Source: an uncultured Acidobacteriota bacterium
Lineage (GTDB): Bacteria; Acidobacteriota; Thermoanaerobaculia; UBA5066
Assembly: GCA_963776915.1 (NCBI GenBank)
Contig: CAVZPE010000019.1
Coordinates: 7,994 to 71,993 of the forward strand
Reading direction: 5' to 3'
DNA: 64,000 bases
The position numbers were made by a program, and so were the translations under genes. Positions within the stretch are counted from its first letter, which is position 1. Every line of letters starts with the position of its first letter. This document shows positions 17,503 to 31,921 of this stretch, one piece after another. The notes beneath the pieces were generated by a model that did not search any database, had not been told where the DNA came from, and was given only the letters and a program-made list of their open reading frames with translations.

Positions 17503-18081
17503 ATGAGAGGTGACGTCCTCCACGATCGCGAACGCGGCATCGAAGCCCAGTGGGCCCGGCAGCGCGACGAGGAGCTGATCCGGAAGCTGCGCGAACGCGG
17601 CAGGCTCGACGAAATTTCCAGGCTGCTCGCCCGGAAGCTGCGCATCGAGGACCCGGCGCTGCGGCGCCGGATCCTCGACCTCGGGATGACGCACGAGACG
17701 GGCCCGGCCCTGTTCCTGGCGCCGCTGATCCAGGTCGCGTGGGCGGACGGCAAGGTGACCGGCCGCGAGCGGGACGCGATCCTGGGCATGGCGGCCGTCC
17801 GCGGCGTCGCCCCCGGCTCGCCCTCCCACGCGCGGATCCTCGAGTGGCTCCTGAAGCCGCCGCCCCAGGCGCTCTTCGACGCCGCCGTCGAGGTCCTTCG
17901 GGTCGGGATCTCGGTCCTCCCCGGGGCGGAGCGTGAAGAGCGCATCGCGGCCTACGTCGACTCGTACCGTCGCGTCGCGGCGGCATCGAGATCGGGGATC
18001 CGCCGCGTGCTCGGTTCGTGGGCAGCGTCCCCGAGGGAGGCGGCGGTCATCGGGAAGATCGCCGCGGCGCTGCGGGCCTGA
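17503..18081 (+). CDS. TerB-like helical hypothetical protein
   Basis: LIQVAWADGKVTGRERDAI motif; GAGAGG RBS. Confidence 0.6.
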   Translation: MRGDVLHDRERGIEAQWARQRDEELIRKLRERGRLDEISRLLARKLRIEDPALRRRILDLGMTHETGPALFLAPLIQVAWADGKVTGRERDAILGMAAVRGVAPGSPSHARILEWLLKPPPQALFDAAVEVLRVGISVLPGAEREERIAAYVDSYRRVAAASRSGIRRVLGSWAASPREAAVIGKIAAALRA

Positions 18082-18092
18082 GGCCCGACGGA

Positions 18093-18512
18093 TCAGCCGA
18101 AGTTGCTGGCCACCATGATGCAGGCCTCGTAGACGGTCTTGAACGGCGCCGAAGCGGCGATCGCGAGCGTCTCGTCGTCGTAGCTCCCGTCCTGCAGCCA
18201 GACCGCGGGGAGGCCGAGACGGGCGGCCTCCGAGAGAACGCGGCGCGTGACCGGCGGCGGCGTGACGACGTCCACGAGGTGCACGGGCCCGGGGACCGAC
18301 GCGAGGTCCGGGTAGGCCGGCAGGCCCGCGATCTCCTTCTCGCGGGGGTTCACGGGCAGGACCGTGTAGCCCTTCGCGGCGAGGTTCCGCACGATGATGT
18401 TCCCGTACTTGGAGGGGTCGTTGCTCGCGCCGACGACGGCGATGCGCGTCGCGCCGGACTTGTGGCGCAGGAGCTCGAAGACCTCGCGCGGATGGGGATC
18501 GACGGCGGTCAT
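18093..18512 (-). CDS. CoA-binding domain protein (YccU-like)
   Basis: IAVVGASNDPSKYG, PVNP, VWLQDG and CIMV motifs. Confidence 0.85.
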   Translation of the reverse strand: MTAVDPHPREVFELLRHKSGATRIAVVGASNDPSKYGNIIVRNLAAKGYTVLPVNPREKEIAGLPAYPDLASVPGPVHLVDVVTPPPVTRRVLSEAARLGLPAVWLQDGSYDDETLAIAASAPFKTVYEACIMVASNFG

Positions 18513-18526
18513 GAGCGGATTGTGCC

Positions 18527-19331
18527 TCAGCCCCCGGAGGCGAGCGGCCGGAAGCGCGTGCCGTCCGGGAAGGCGAGGCCGAACCGCTCGCGCAGGAGGG
18601 CGAGGAGGCCGTCGCCCGCGGGGGCGGGCGTCTCGACGGGCGCCTCGCCGGGGACGACGGTCGCGAGGACCTCGCCGCGCAGCATGAGGGCGCCGGCCGC
18701 CCACGTGCGCTGCACGACGGCGATCTTCGTGAACGTCGAGTCCGGGTGCGTCGAGGTGTGGTAGTTCGCGACCGTCGTAGTCGGAGCGGGAGCTGCGGCT
18801 CGAGCGTGAAGCCGTAGAGATCGCGCCAGCCCGACGCTCCCACGTTCTGCAGGACGCGCTCGCGGCCCTGCTGCGACGACGCGGAAGCGCCACCCGCCCT
18901 GCACGATCTCGCCGGACGGTTCGAGCGGAAGGGGCTCCCAGGGTCCGCCGCCGCCGAAGCCGACGTCGCAGAGCCAGTCCCGGCCGCTTGCCGCGACGGA
19001 GAGCAGCATGTGCGTCCGGGGGCCGTCCGTGCGGCCGCCGAGCCGTACCCGCGCCCCGAGAAGAGTGATCGGGAAGCCGAGGGCGGTCAGCGCGGCGGCG
19101 AAGAGCGTGTTCTGCTCGAAGCAGTAACCGCCGCGCCGGGCCGCGACGAGCTTGGCCTCGAGGGACGGAAGATCGAGGCTGATCCCGCGTCCGAGGAGGA
19201 TGTCGAGGTTCTCGAACGGGATCGACGCCGCGTGCGCGCGGTGCAGGGAGAAGAGTCCTTCGAGGGTCGGAGGAGGAGGCGCGTCGAGACCGACCCGACG
19301 GATGTAGCGGCCGAGGCCCGCGGTCGTCCAC
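18527..19331 (-). CDS. Arylamine N-acetyltransferase with several indels; start approximate
   Basis: IPFENLD, RGGYCFEQN (Cys), RTHM (His), DVGFG (Asp) and VANYHTSTHP across frames. Confidence 0.8.
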
Positions 19332-19428
19332 CGAGGACGATGCGGAAGAGCCGGTGAAAAGGCAATCGTCCGGCCTTCGCGGGGCGCGCCGGTCGCATGG
19401 GCGTCGAGACGGGCGATACGATCCGACC

Positions 19429-20578
19429 GTGCCCCGCCCGCCGGCCACCTCGCCCGCCGCCGCCGCGCTCCGCGCCAGCCCGTATTCGGCCCTCCTCGGT
19501 CGCATGGCGACGCACCGCGGCGAGGTCTTTCCGCTCCACGTGGGAGATACGTGGCGGCCCGCTCCCGCGGGGTGCCGGCCGGAGGAGCTCGGGTCCGGCC
19601 TCGCGGGCGTCAACCGCTACACCGACGTGTGGGGGCTGCCCGAGCTGCGCGACGCGATCGCGGCGCGCGCCTCGGCGCAGACGGGCGCGCCGGTCGCGCG
19701 CGCGAACGTCCTCGTGACCGGCGGCGCGACCGCGGGGCTCATGGCGGCGGTCGCCGCGCTCGTGGCGCCGGGCGAGGAAGTCCTCCTCCTCGGCCCGCGC
19801 TGGCCGCTCATCGAGGGGCACGTCCGGCTCGCGGGCGCGACGCCGGTCGAGGTCCCGTTCTTCACGGGGGACCTGTCGCCGGAGGCCGCGGCCGCCGCGG
19901 TGCGGGAGCGCGTGACGGAACGGAGCGCCGCTCTCTACGTCAACACGCCGAGCAACCCGACGGGCCGCATCCTCCCGTCCGGGACCGTCGACGCGCTCGC
20001 GCGCGTGGCCGAGGAGAAGAACCTCTGGCTCATCGCGGACGAGGTCTACGAGCTCTATGCCTATGCCGGAGCGCACCGGCCGGCCTACGCCGCCGCGCCC
20101 GGGCGCACGGTCGCCGCGCACTCGCTCTCGAAGGCGTGGGGGCTCGCCGGCGCGCGCTGCGGCTGGCTCGTCGGACCCGCCCCGGCGCTCGCCGAGATCG
20201 TGAAGATCGGCGCCCACACGATCTACTCGGCGCCGACGGCGTCGCAGCACGCGGCCCTCCGGATCCTCGCGGGCGGCGGAGACGCGTGGGTGGCCGAGGC
20301 GCGCGCCGAATATGCGGCGACCGGCCGCGAGGCCGCGCGGAGGCTCGGGCGTTCCGGCGCCCGAAGGGGGGACCTTCCTCTTCCTCGACGTGGCCCGCGC
20401 CCTCGACTCGCGCGGTCTCGGCGGCCTTCTCGAGGACGTCGCGGACGAGGGCCTCTTCCTCGCCCCGGGTCCGAGCTTCGGTCCCTACCCGACGCACGTG
20501 CGGCTCTGCTACACGGCCGTGCCGCCGGACGCCGCGCTGCGCGGCGTCGACGTCCTGGCGCGACGGCTGGGACGCTGA
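19429..20578 (+). CDS. PLP-dependent aminotransferase class I/II, indel near 20365
   Basis: NTPSNPTG, IADEVYE and SLSKAWGLAGARCG; C-terminal GTFLF...VRLCY in the shifted frame. Confidence 0.85.
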
Positions 20579-20593
20579 GTCGAGAGGGAGAGA

Positions 20594-20711
20594 GAAGAGG
20601 GGATTTTCTTAGAGGGTGAAGAGGGAAACAGGCGCGCCCAGGCGACCCTCGCGCGAGGTGGCGGTCCGGCCTGAACTTCCTCCTAAACCATTCTAAGAAA
20701 ATTCTTTCTTC
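20594..20711. repeat. About 118-bp element with terminal inverted repeats (copy E1)
   Basis: ATTTTCTTAGA (20603-20613) and TCTAAGAAAAT (20692-20702) are a perfect inverted repeat; GAAGA/TCTTC outer ends; similar to 40428-40550. Confidence 0.65.
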
Positions 20712-20774
20712 CGATCTGCGTTTGGTTCGCTCATATTGGGGAATAGCTCCGGGCGGCCCTACGTTTTGTCCGTC

Positions 20775-23267
20775 ATGACGGATAGCTTCACCCTCCCGGT
20801 TCTCCCTCTCCGCAACGCCGTTCTCTTCCCCGGCGTGTCGACGCCGATCTCCGCGGGCCGCGCGGGGACGATCCGCGCGATCGAGGCGGCGCTGCGCCAG
20901 GCCGAGCCGCTCGTCTTCGCGCTCGCCCAGCGTGCGGACATCGAACGGGTGACCCCCGACGGCCTCTACACGATCGGCACGATCGCGAAGGTGAGCTCGG
21001 TCCAGCGCGGCCTCGGCGGCATGCGCCTGCTCCTCGAGGGCCAGCACCGCGGCATCGCGATGCGCGTGACGGAGAAGAAGGGCGGGATGCTGGAGGCCGT
21101 GGTCGTGAGCGCGGCCGAGATGGCGCCGCCCGACCCGAAGGATCCGGTCTTTCTCGCGCTCCACAAGGAAGCGCGCGAGCGCGCCTCGGAGCTCGGCCAG
21201 AAGCTGGGCCTGCCCGAGGAGGCCGTCGAGCAGTTCCTCGACCAGGCCGACGACCCGGGCCGCCTCGCGGACCTCGTCGCGGGCTACATCGACATCCCGG
21301 CGGCCGACCGCCAGCAGCTTCTCGAGACCCTTTCCGTCGAGGACCGCATCCGCCGCGTCCTCGTCCACGTGCAGCGCCAGATCGGCGTCCTCTCCGCGCA
21401 GGAGGACATCCAGTCCAAGGTCAAGGAGCAGATCGGCGACCGCCAGCGCGAGATGCTCCTGCGCGAGCAGCTCCGGGCGATCCAGAAGGAGCTCGGGGAG
21501 GGCGAGGGAAAGGACGCCGCCGACCTCGAGGAGCTCAAGAAGAAGCTCGCGGCGCACCCGCTGACCGAGGAGGTGCGCAAGGAAGTCGACCGCGAGCTCG
21601 CGCGGCTCGAGCGCATCGGCCGCGAGTCCATGGAGTCCCAGGTCATCCGGACGTTCCTCGAGAACGTCGCGGAGCTGCCCTGGGGCGTGCGCAGCGAGGA
21701 CAAGCTCGACGTCAAGGAGGCGGCCAACATCCTCGACGAGGACCACTACGCCCTCGCCGACGTGAAGGACCGGATCCTCGAGTTCCTCGCCGTGCGCGAG
21801 ATGCGCGCGAAGGCGGAGAAGTCCGAGAAGGCCGAGCCCGCCGCCGGCACGCCCGACGCCTCCGAGGGCACCCCCGGCGGCGCCCCGGTCCTGCCGCGGA
21901 AGGAGGCCTCGACCGGCAAGGGCCGGATCCTCCTCTTCGTCGGCCCTCCCGGCGTCGGCAAGACGTCGATCGCGAAGTCCATCGCCCGCGCGATGGGCCG
22001 CAAGTACGTCCGCATCTCCCTCGGCGGCGCGCGCGACGAGGCGGACATCCGCGGCCACCGCCGCACGTACGTGGGCGCGATGCCCGGGCGCATCGTGCAG
22101 GGGCTGAAGCAGGCCGGCACGAAGAACCCGGTCTTCCTCCTCGACGAGATCGACAAGCTCGGGGTCTCGTTCCAGGGCGACCCCGCGAGCGCCCTCCTCG
22201 AGGTGCTCGACCCCGCCCAGAACGACTCCTTCACGGACCACTACCTCGGCGTCCCGTTCGATCTCTCCGAGGTCCTCTTCATCGCGACGGCGAACTTCCT
22301 CCAGAACATCCCCGGGCCGCTCCTCGACCGGCTCGAGGTCGTGGAGTTCTCGGGCTACACGGAGAGGGAGAAGCTCGCGATCGCCCGGCAGTACCTCGTC
22401 CCCCGCCAGCTCGTCGAGAACGGCCTCGCCGGGGACCAGCTCGCGCTGACCGACGCGGCGATCGCCGAGGTCGTCACGAGCTACACGCGCGAGGCGGGCG
22501 TCCGCCAGCTCGAGCGCGAGATCGGCAGGCTCGCGCGCAAGGTCGCGCGGAAGATCGCGGCCGGCGACGTGACGGCCGTGACCGTGGACGCCGCGGACGT
22601 CTTTCCGCTCCTCGGCAAGAAGCGCGTCCACCCGGAGAAGAAGATCGTCACGGACCAGGTCGGCCTCGCCACGGGCATGTACTACACGCCCGCGGGCGGC
22701 GACATCATGTTCATCGAGGCGATGCTCATGAAGGGCAAGGGCGAGGTCGTCCTCACGGGTCAGCTCGGCGACGTCATGAAGGAGTCGGCGCGCGCCGCCT
22801 GGACGTACGCCCGCTCGCACGCGGCCGAGCTCGGCATCCCCGACGAGGCCTTCGAGCGCGACCTCCACATCCACGTCCCGGCGGGGGCGATCCCGAAGGA
22901 CGGGCCGTCGGCGGGGATCGCGATGGCGACCGCGATCGTGTCGGCCCTTTCGAGGGTGCCGGCCCGCCACGACATCGCGATGACGGGTGAGGTCACGCTT
23001 TCGGGCCGCGTCCTGCCGATCGGCGGCCTCAAGGAGAAGATCCTCGGCGCCGTGCGGGCCGGGATCCGGACGATCGTCCTGCCGAAGGACAACGAGCCGG
23101 ACCTCGCGGACCTGCCGAAGGAGGTCCGCGACGCCCTCGAGGTCCACCCCGTCGACGCCCTCGGCGAGGCGCTCGCCGTCACGCTCCGCGGCGCGAGCTT
23201 CCGGGGCGGCCACTTCGTCCTGAGGGACGAGGTGCCCGCGCCCGCGCTCGTGACGCAGGCGCACTGA
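20775..23267 (+). CDS. lon: ATP-dependent Lon protease
   Basis: LPVLPLRN N-domain, [24 protein letters not shown] (Ser) and IGGLKEK (Lys). Confidence 0.96.
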   Translation: MTDSFTLPVLPLRNAVLFPGVSTPISAGRAGTIRAIEAALRQAEPLVFALAQRADIERVTPDGLYTIGTIAKVSSVQRGLGGMRLLLEGQHRGIAMRVTEKKGGMLEAVVVSAAEMAPPDPKDPVFLALHKEARERASELGQKLGLPEEAVEQFLDQADDPGRLADLVAGYIDIPAADRQQLLETLSVEDRIRRVLVHVQRQIGVLSAQEDIQSKVKEQIGDRQREMLLREQLRAIQKELGEGEGKDAADLEELKKKLAAHPLTEEVRKEVDRELARLERIGRESMESQVIRTFLENVAELPWGVRSEDKLDVKEAANILDEDHYALADVKDRILEFLAVREMRAKAEKSEKAEPAAGTPDASEGTPGGAPVLPRKEASTGKGRILLFVGPPGVGKTSIAKSIARAMGRKYVRISLGGARDEADIRGHRRTYVGAMPGRIVQGLKQAGTKNPVFLLDEIDKLGVSFQGDPASALLEVLDPAQNDSFTDHYLGVPFDLSEVLFIATANFLQNIPGPLLDRLEVVEFSGYTEREKLAIARQYLVPRQLVENGLAGDQLALTDAAIAEVVTSYTREAGVRQLEREIGRLARKVARKIAAGDVTAVTVDAADVFPLLGKKRVHPEKKIVTDQVGLATGMYYTPAGGDIMFIEAMLMKGKGEVVLTGQLGDVMKESARAAWTYARSHAAELGIPDEAFERDLHIHVPAGAIPKDGPSAGIAMATAIVSALSRVPARHDIAMTGEVTLSGRVLPIGGLKEKILGAVRAGIRTIVLPKDNEPDLADLPKEVRDALEVHPVDALGEALAVTLRGASFRGGHFVLRDEVPAPALVTQAH

Positions 23268-23291
23268 CCCCGGGCGAAGGGAGCCGCCGCG

Positions 23292-23576
23292 TCAGGCGTG
23301 CGCGGCGAAGAAGGCGCGGTGCCGGCGGACGACCCGGCCGATCGTCGCCGGATCGCCGGGCCCGAGGGGCAGGACGTAGAGGGCGCGGTAGAGCGCCTTC
23401 TTCACGCGCGTCGGGACCGGGAGCGCCGACAGCACCCGCCACGTGTCCAGGCTCGCCGAGCGGATCGGCATGAGCCGCCCGACCGGGCGGATGCCGCGGG
23501 CGAGGACGATCGGCGTGCCGAGCGGTCCGCGGAGGAATTCCTTCCAGGCGAAGCGGGAGAAGCGGGCGGTCTTCAT
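23292..23576 (-). CDS. Small basic hypothetical protein
   Basis: ATG overlaps the MFS TGA; TATCCT 7 nt upstream. Confidence 0.5.
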   Translation of the reverse strand: MKTARFSRFAWKEFLRGPLGTPIVLARGIRPVGRLMPIRSASLDTWRVLSALPVPTRVKKALYRALYVLPLGPGDPATIGRVVRRHRAFFAAHA

Positions 23577-24745
23577 GCCGCCGAGGATACCGCGGTTTCC
23601 GGGGGGAATGCGCGCCGGTCCAGCAGGAGGAACGCCGGCACCGAGAGGAGCGCGAGGGCCGCGGCGAGGGCGTAGGCCGCCGGGAAGCCGGAACGTCCGA
23701 TGACCGCGCCGAGCGCGATCGACCCGGTGCCGATGCCCACGTCGAACGCCGCGAGGATCGCCCCGAACGCGGCGCCCCGGCGCTCGTGCGGCACGTGCCG
23801 CGTCACGTGGGCGGCGAAGACCGGATAGACGTTCCCGAACCCGGCGCCGAAGAGGAGCGCGGAGAGCGCGAGGAGGGGCCGGGTCGTCGCGGCCGCGAGG
23901 ACGGCGAAGGACACCGCCGTCAGCCCGAGGAGCGGAACGAGGACGCGGCGCGGCCCGGCCCGGTCCGCGTAGCGGCCGAGGACCGGGCGCAGGACGAGCA
24001 CCGTGAGCGAGAAGACCGTGAAGAAGAGGCCCCGCGGCGCCAGGCCGTTCCTCTCGGTCCACATCGCGACGAAGCTCGTGACCCCGCCGTACCCGAAGCT
24101 GCAGAGGAAGAGCGCGAAGGAAGGAGCGAGGACGCGCCACTCGACGAGATCGCGCGAGAAGAAGGGGCCGCCCCCCGTCGGCCTCGGGGGGTCCGGCTCG
24201 AGGTTCCACGCGATCGCGGCCATCGCGAGGTTCAGGACGCCGACGGACGCGCAGAGGGCCTTCCAGCCCAGCGCGTACACGGCCAGGCCGAGCGCCGGCG
24301 CGAACGCGGTCGCGAGGACCGTCGCCATTCCCCAGTAGCCGATCCCCTCGGCCCGCCGTTCCGCGGGAATGAGTCCCGTGACGTAGGCCGCCGACGCCGA
24401 CAGCAGCCCCGACCAGAAGAGGCCGTGGAAGAACACGAGAGAGACGAGGACCTCCCACCGCGGGGCGAAGGCGTAGGCGGCCGAGAAACCGGCGATGACG
24501 AGGCTCGCCACGAGGAGGACGCGGCGGCGGCCCAGGCGGTCGGCGAGAGCGCCCGTCAGGGGCGCCGAGAGCGCCGAGGCGTACGTCAGGAGGCCGAGGA
24601 AGAGGCCGGCCGTCGTCGTCGTGCCGCCCAGCTCGAGGATGCGGAAGGGCGCCGTCGGGAGGAGCTGGAAGAGCGAGAGGAAGACCGTGAACGTGAACCC
24701 GCACATCACGAGGAATCGGCGCGTGAAGAGCGGCTGCGCGGTCAC
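23573..24745 (-). CDS. MFS transporter
   Basis: About 12 hydrophobic segments; GALADRLGRRRV motif A. Confidence 0.9.
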   Translation of the reverse strand: MTAQPLFTRRFLVMCGFTFTVFLSLFQLLPTAPFRILELGGTTTTAGLFLGLLTYASALSAPLTGALADRLGRRRVLLVASLVIAGFSAAYAFAPRWEVLVSLVFFHGLFWSGLLSASAAYVTGLIPAERRAEGIGYWGMATVLATAFAPALGLAVYALGWKALCASVGVLNLAMAAIAWNLEPDPPRPTGGGPFFSRDLVEWRVLAPSFALFLCSFGYGGVTSFVAMWTERNGLAPRGLFFTVFSLTVLVLRPVLGRYADRAGPRRVLVPLLGLTAVSFAVLAAATTRPLLALSALLFGAGFGNVYPVFAAHVTRHVPHERRGAAFGAILAAFDVGIGTGSIALGAVIGRSGFPAAYALAAALALLSVPAFLLLDRRAFPPETAVSSAA

Positions 24746-24774
24746 GGCGGGAGTCTAGGGGGAGAGCCCGGCCC

Positions 24775-24802
24775 AAAAAAAGGGCCGCCCATCGGGGCGG
24801 CC
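24775..24802 (-). terminator. Intrinsic terminator downstream of rng
   Basis: GGCCGCCC-CGAT-GGGCGGCC stem followed by a T7 run on the minus strand. Confidence 0.85.
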
Positions 24803-24835
24803 GGCAGGAGGTTGGAAGTGCGCCACCCTGCTATC

Positions 24836-24850
24836 GCACGCTCCGTGCCA
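24836..24850 (-). promoter_or_regulatory. sigma54-type -24/-12 site
   Basis: TGGCACGGAGCGTGC versus consensus TGGCACG-N4-TTGC. Confidence 0.5.
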
Positions 24851-24895
24851 GCCGCGGCGCGCCGAATCGGCGCGGCGGGGGCCCCGGGGGACGCC

Positions 24896-26476
<1,581 letters not shown>

Positions 26477-26501
26477 CGGGGGAGTGTACGCGGAGGCCCG
26501 C

Positions 26502-27603
26502 CTAGACGTTCACGTACCGCCGGTACGCGACGGACAGCATGAGCCCGACCATGCACCACGTCGCGATGAGCGACGAGCCGCCGTACGAGAGGAACGGGAA
26601 GCGTGATCCCCGTCGTCGGCAGGACGCCGACGTTCATCGCGACGTTCACGAGGAACTGCGCCCCGATGTTCACGACGAGCAGGAGGACGAGCATCGACCC
26701 GCCGCGGTCGCGGGCGTCCCGTGCGATCGCGAGCGCCCGGGCGACCAGGAAGCCGTAGATCCCGAGGAGGGCCGCGACGCCGGCGAAGCCCCACTCCTCG
26801 GCGAGCGCCGCGAAGATGAAGTCCGTGTGGCGCACGGGAAGGAACCCGAGCCGGCTCTGCGTCCCCTGCTTCCAGCCCTTCCCGAGGATCCCGCCCGAGC
26901 CGATCGCGATCCGCGCCTGCCGGACCTGGTAGCCCGCGCCGCGCGCCGCGAGGTTGGGATCGAGGAAGGTCCGGATGCGGTCTTTCTGGTAGTCCTTCAG
27001 GAAGAACCACGAGCCGCCGATCGCGAGCGTGCCGGCGACGATCAGCGTCGCCCACCAGCGCGCCTTCAGGCCGCCGAAGAACAGGGCGGCGGCGAGGAAC
27101 GGCAGGTACGTGAGGGCGACGCCGAGGTCCGGCTGCGCGAGGACGAGGAGGACGGGGACGCCGACGGCGGCCGCGAGGGCGGCGAGCGTGCGGGTCCTGA
27201 GGATCGGCCGGTCGTCGTTCTCGAGGATCCACGCGAGGAGGAGCGCGATCGAGATCCGGGCGAACTCCGACGGCTGGAGCTGGAACCCGCCCCCGATCCT
27301 GATCCACGACTTCGCGCCCGCGATCCGCGTCCCGAAAACGGGCAGATAGAGAAGGACGAGGAGCGTGAGACCGTACAGGCCGGGCGAATACTGCAGGAGG
27401 ATCCGGTAGTCGATCGCGAGGAAGATCCCGGCCGCGATGAGGCCGATGACGGCGAAGAACACCTGCTTGCCCGCGAGGTCGGAGCGCGGCGAGCCCGCGG
27501 TCGTGGACACGACCATGACGATTCCGATGACGGTCAGGAGGGCCGCGAGGAGGAGAAGCCGCAGGTCGATCCGGCGGGGGAGGACCTCCGCGAGCCGCGA
27601 CAC
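26502..27603 (-). CDS. rodA: Rod shape-determining protein RodA, indel near 26600
   Basis: GAKSWI, QPSEF, QPDLG, GYQVRQ, HTDFIF; LPFLSYGGSS in the shifted frame. Confidence 0.92.
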
Positions 27604-29488
27604 TCAGTCCGCCGGGCGCTCGCGGGGCGCGGCCGCCTGCGCGACGACGGGCGCCGGACCCGCGCGCATCTTCGTGACCCAGTACTGCGCCATCTTCGCC
27701 GCGAGCGGCGCCGCGGCCGTGTTGCCGTGCTCGCCGTGCTCCGCGAAGACGGCGACCACGATCAGGGGGTCGTCCTTCGGCGCGAAGCCGACGAACCAGC
27801 CGTGGTCGCGGAGCTGCTCGGGGAGGAGGTGACCCTTCTTCGCCTCCTTCTGCGCGACGACCTGGACCGAGCCCGTCTTGCCGCACATGTCGAGGCCGGG
27901 GATCCGCTCGCGGTACGCCGTCCCGCCGGGCTGGTTCATGACGCGCCAGAGCCCGTCGAGGACGATGTCGCGCGGAAGCCCCGCCCACGGCACGGACTTC
28001 CTTGACGGCCGGCCGGTAGACGAAGCGCTCGCTCGTCTGGACGTTCTCGGCGATGTGAAAGAGGTGGGGCGTCGGGAGCGCGCCGTCCGCGTTCGCGATT
28101 CCGCACATGGCGCGCGCGAGCTGGAGCGCGGAGACGAGGACGGGCCCCTGGCCGATCGCGACGGAGATCGTCTCGCCCGCGTACCACGGGTGCTTGCGCA
28201 CGGCGAGGCTCCATTCCGTGGACGGAACGATCCCGGGCTTCTCGTGCGCGAGGTCGATCCCGCTCGTGCGCCCGAACCCGAAGAGGCGCGCGGCCTCGGC
28301 GATCGCGTCGATGCCGAGGCGCTTTCCCATCGTGTAGAAGTACGAGTCGCACGAGACCTGGAGCGCCGTCGCGAGGTCGACGCTCCCGTGCTTGCCGTGG
28401 CAGCGGAACGGGCGGCCGTAGAACGTGAGCCCGCCCGGACAGAAGACGCGCTCCTTCGGGTCGATTCCGTGCTTGAGGATCGCGTAGGCCATGAACGGCT
28501 TCCACGTCGAGCCGGGCGAGTAGACGTTCTGGAGGACCCGGTTGTTGAGCGGGTGATTCGGGTCCGTGAGGATCCCCTCCCACTCGGAGCGGGTGACGCG
28601 GCGCGTGAAGAGGTTCGGGTCGTAGGCGGGCGCCGAGACGAGCGCGAGGACCTCGCCCGTCTTCGGGTCGAGCGCGACGGCCGAACCGACCTTGCCGGCG
28701 AAGTAGTCCTCCGCGATGCGCTGGAGCCCGGCGTCGATCGTGAGCTGGAGCGTGTTGCCGGGCAGCGGGTCCTGATGGCCCGACTCGCCGACCTCGCGGC
28801 CGAACGAGTCGATCACGTACGAGCGCGAGCCCGAGACGCCCGCGAGGAGGTCCTGGTACGAGGCCTCGACGCCCTGCTGTCCGATCGCCTCGCCCGGGCG
28901 CGGCACCGACGCGTCGCCCGGGTGCGCCTTCGCGCGCGCGGCGACCTGCTCGGCCGTCGCCTCCCCGAGCTGGCCGAGGAGATGCGCGGCCACCGTCCCC
29001 TGCGTGTAGACGCGGCGCTCCGTCTTCTGGACGACGAGCTCGGGGTGCTCGAGGGCGCGCGCCTGCATCGCGCCGACCTCCGCGACGGTCAGGTTCTCCT
29101 GGAGGACGACCGGGACGAAGTCGTAGTACGAGCGGTCGCGCTCGACGCGCCGCTTGAGCTCGTCGAACGGCCGGTTGAAGAGCTCGGCGACGAAGCGGAG
29201 AGACCCGTCGAGGTCCTTCGTCTCCCGGCGGTAGAGGAGCAGCGTGAACGAGGGCTCGTTCTCGGCGAGGACGACGCCGTTGCGGTCGAGGATGAACCCG
29301 CGCGGCGCCGTCACGGGCACCTTTCGCATCCGGTTGTTCTCGGCCTGCCGCTCGTAGTCCTCGCCGCGCAGGACCTGGTGGACCCAGTAGACGCCCGCGA
29401 GCAGACCGAGGATCCCCCAGAGGATCCGCATCGCGACGTCGATGCGCGAGAGGACGGGCCGCCGGTCCTCGCGGGCGCTCGCGGGCAT
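27604..29488 (-). CDS. mrdA: Penicillin-binding protein 2, indel near 27985
   Basis: APRGFILDRNG, SPGSTWK (SxxK), SCD (SxN position) and GKTG...DHGWF. Confidence 0.92.
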
Positions 29489-29993
29489 CTACGTGAGCCT
29501 CATCCGGCGCCGCGTCTCGCGGCGCTGGCGCCACGGGACGCGCGAGGCGGCGTGGAGGGCGCCGCCGAGGAGACCCGTCGAGAGCGCCCGCGCGAGAAGG
29601 GTCCACGGCGCGGGCGCGAGGAGCGTGCCGCGCAGGATCCAGAGCAGGAACGTGAGCGTCGCGGCCTCGGCCAGAACGGCCCCCGCGAGGAGCCCGCCGA
29701 CCGCGAGCGGCTTCTCGACGATCGTGCGCGAGCCGATCGTGGCGAGCAGGTAGCCCATCAGGATCTTCGTGAAGGCGTGCAGCCCGAGGAGGTGGCCGGG
29801 CCCCGCCAGGGCGTCCTCGAGGAGGCCCGCCGGGAGCCCGGCGAGCATCGCGGGGACCGACCGCGCCGCCGCGGGCCATGTCCGCCACGACGAGGAGGAA
29901 GAAGTCGGGCGGCGCCGGGACGTGGAGGGCGCCGAGCGCGAGCGTCGCGAGGACCGCGAGCGCGAGGCCCACCGCGATCCGGAGCGCCTTCAC
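29489..29993 (-). CDS. mreD: Rod shape-determining protein MreD, indel near 29860
   Basis: Hydrophobic; GLLEDAL...GLHAF; lies between mreC and mrdA. Confidence 0.8.
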
Positions 29994-30850
29994 CGGCGGT
30001 CTCCGGCCGCGGGACCGCCCACGACGTCCGAGCGCCGGACGGGCGGCAGGACGAAGACCATCGTCTCGTGGCGGGGGTCGGCCGCGGGCTCGAGCTGGAT
30101 GTCCCAGAAGAGAGTGCTCTTGCGCGCGAGGGAGGAGACGCGACCCACGGGGAGCCCGTTCGGGTAGACGCCGTCCGTGCCCGAGGAGACGACGAGGTCG
30201 TCCTTCTCGACCGGCTCGATCGTCGGGACGTACTCGACGGCGATTCCGCCCTTGCCGTCGCCCTTGGCGACGCCGGCGCGCGCCCCGCGCGGGAGGAGGA
30301 CGCCCGCGGCGGCGGTCTTGTCGGACAGGAGCTGGATGCGCGCCGTCCTCGGGCCGATCGCGATGACCCTCCCGACGAGGCCGCCGGGCGCGACGACGAC
30401 CCCGTCCACGCGGATGCCGTCCGAGGAGCCGCGGTCGAGGAGGCCCGTCCGGAAGGGCCCCGAGGACTCGATCGCGATGAGGCGCGCGGGCACCGTGCCC
30501 GCGGGAGGCGCGGGCTGCGTGCCGAAGAGCTCGAGGAGGCGGTTCTTGTCGCGCTCGGCGTCGCGGAGCCTCAGGAGCTCCCCCTCGAGCCGCTCGACCT
30601 CGCCGGAGAGCGCGCGGTTCGCGGCGAGGAGGGTCCGTCTCGAGGAAGCCCACGTCCCGACGTCGGCCGCCCCGGAGCGCAGCGACGTGACGGCCTCGAC
30701 GAACGGCGACACCGCCGCGAGGAGCCAGGTCTCGCCCGCGGTCCGGCCCCCGGGCCGCCGCACCTGGAGCGAGAGCCCGACGAGGCACAGCGAGAGCAGC
30801 ACCGCCAGCAGGATCTCGGGTCGGCGGGCGGCGAGGGACGGGGACGCCAC
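29990..30850 (-). CDS. mreC: Rod shape-determining protein MreC
   Basis: TM helix, coiled coil, LDRGSSDGI, GLVGRV and SGTDGVYPNGLPVG. Confidence 0.92.
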   Translation of the reverse strand: MASPSLAARRPEILLAVLLSLCLVGLSLQVRRPGGRTAGETWLLAAVSPFVEAVTSLRSGAADVGTWASSRRTLLAANRALSGEVERLEGELLRLRDAERDKNRLLELFGTQPAPPAGTVPARLIAIESSGPFRTGLLDRGSSDGIRVDGVVVAPGGLVGRVIAIGPRTARIQLLSDKTAAAGVLLPRGARAGVAKGDGKGGIAVEYVPTIEPVEKDDLVVSSGTDGVYPNGLPVGRVSSLARKSTLFWDIQLEPAADPRHETMVFVLPPVRRSDVVGGPAAGDRR

Positions 30851-30856
30851 GTGCGT

Positions 30857-31921
<1,065 letters not shown>

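Noticed and set aside
20673-20696. sigmaE-type promoter GAACTT...TCTAA for lon
   Set aside because: The spacer is 13 nt, too short, and TCTAA is explained by the E1 element arm.
26502-29993. Pseudogenes or programmed frameshifts in rodA, mrdA and mreD
   Set aside because: These genes are normally essential, most shifts sit in short G/C runs, and indels are scattered through the window; sequencing error is simpler.
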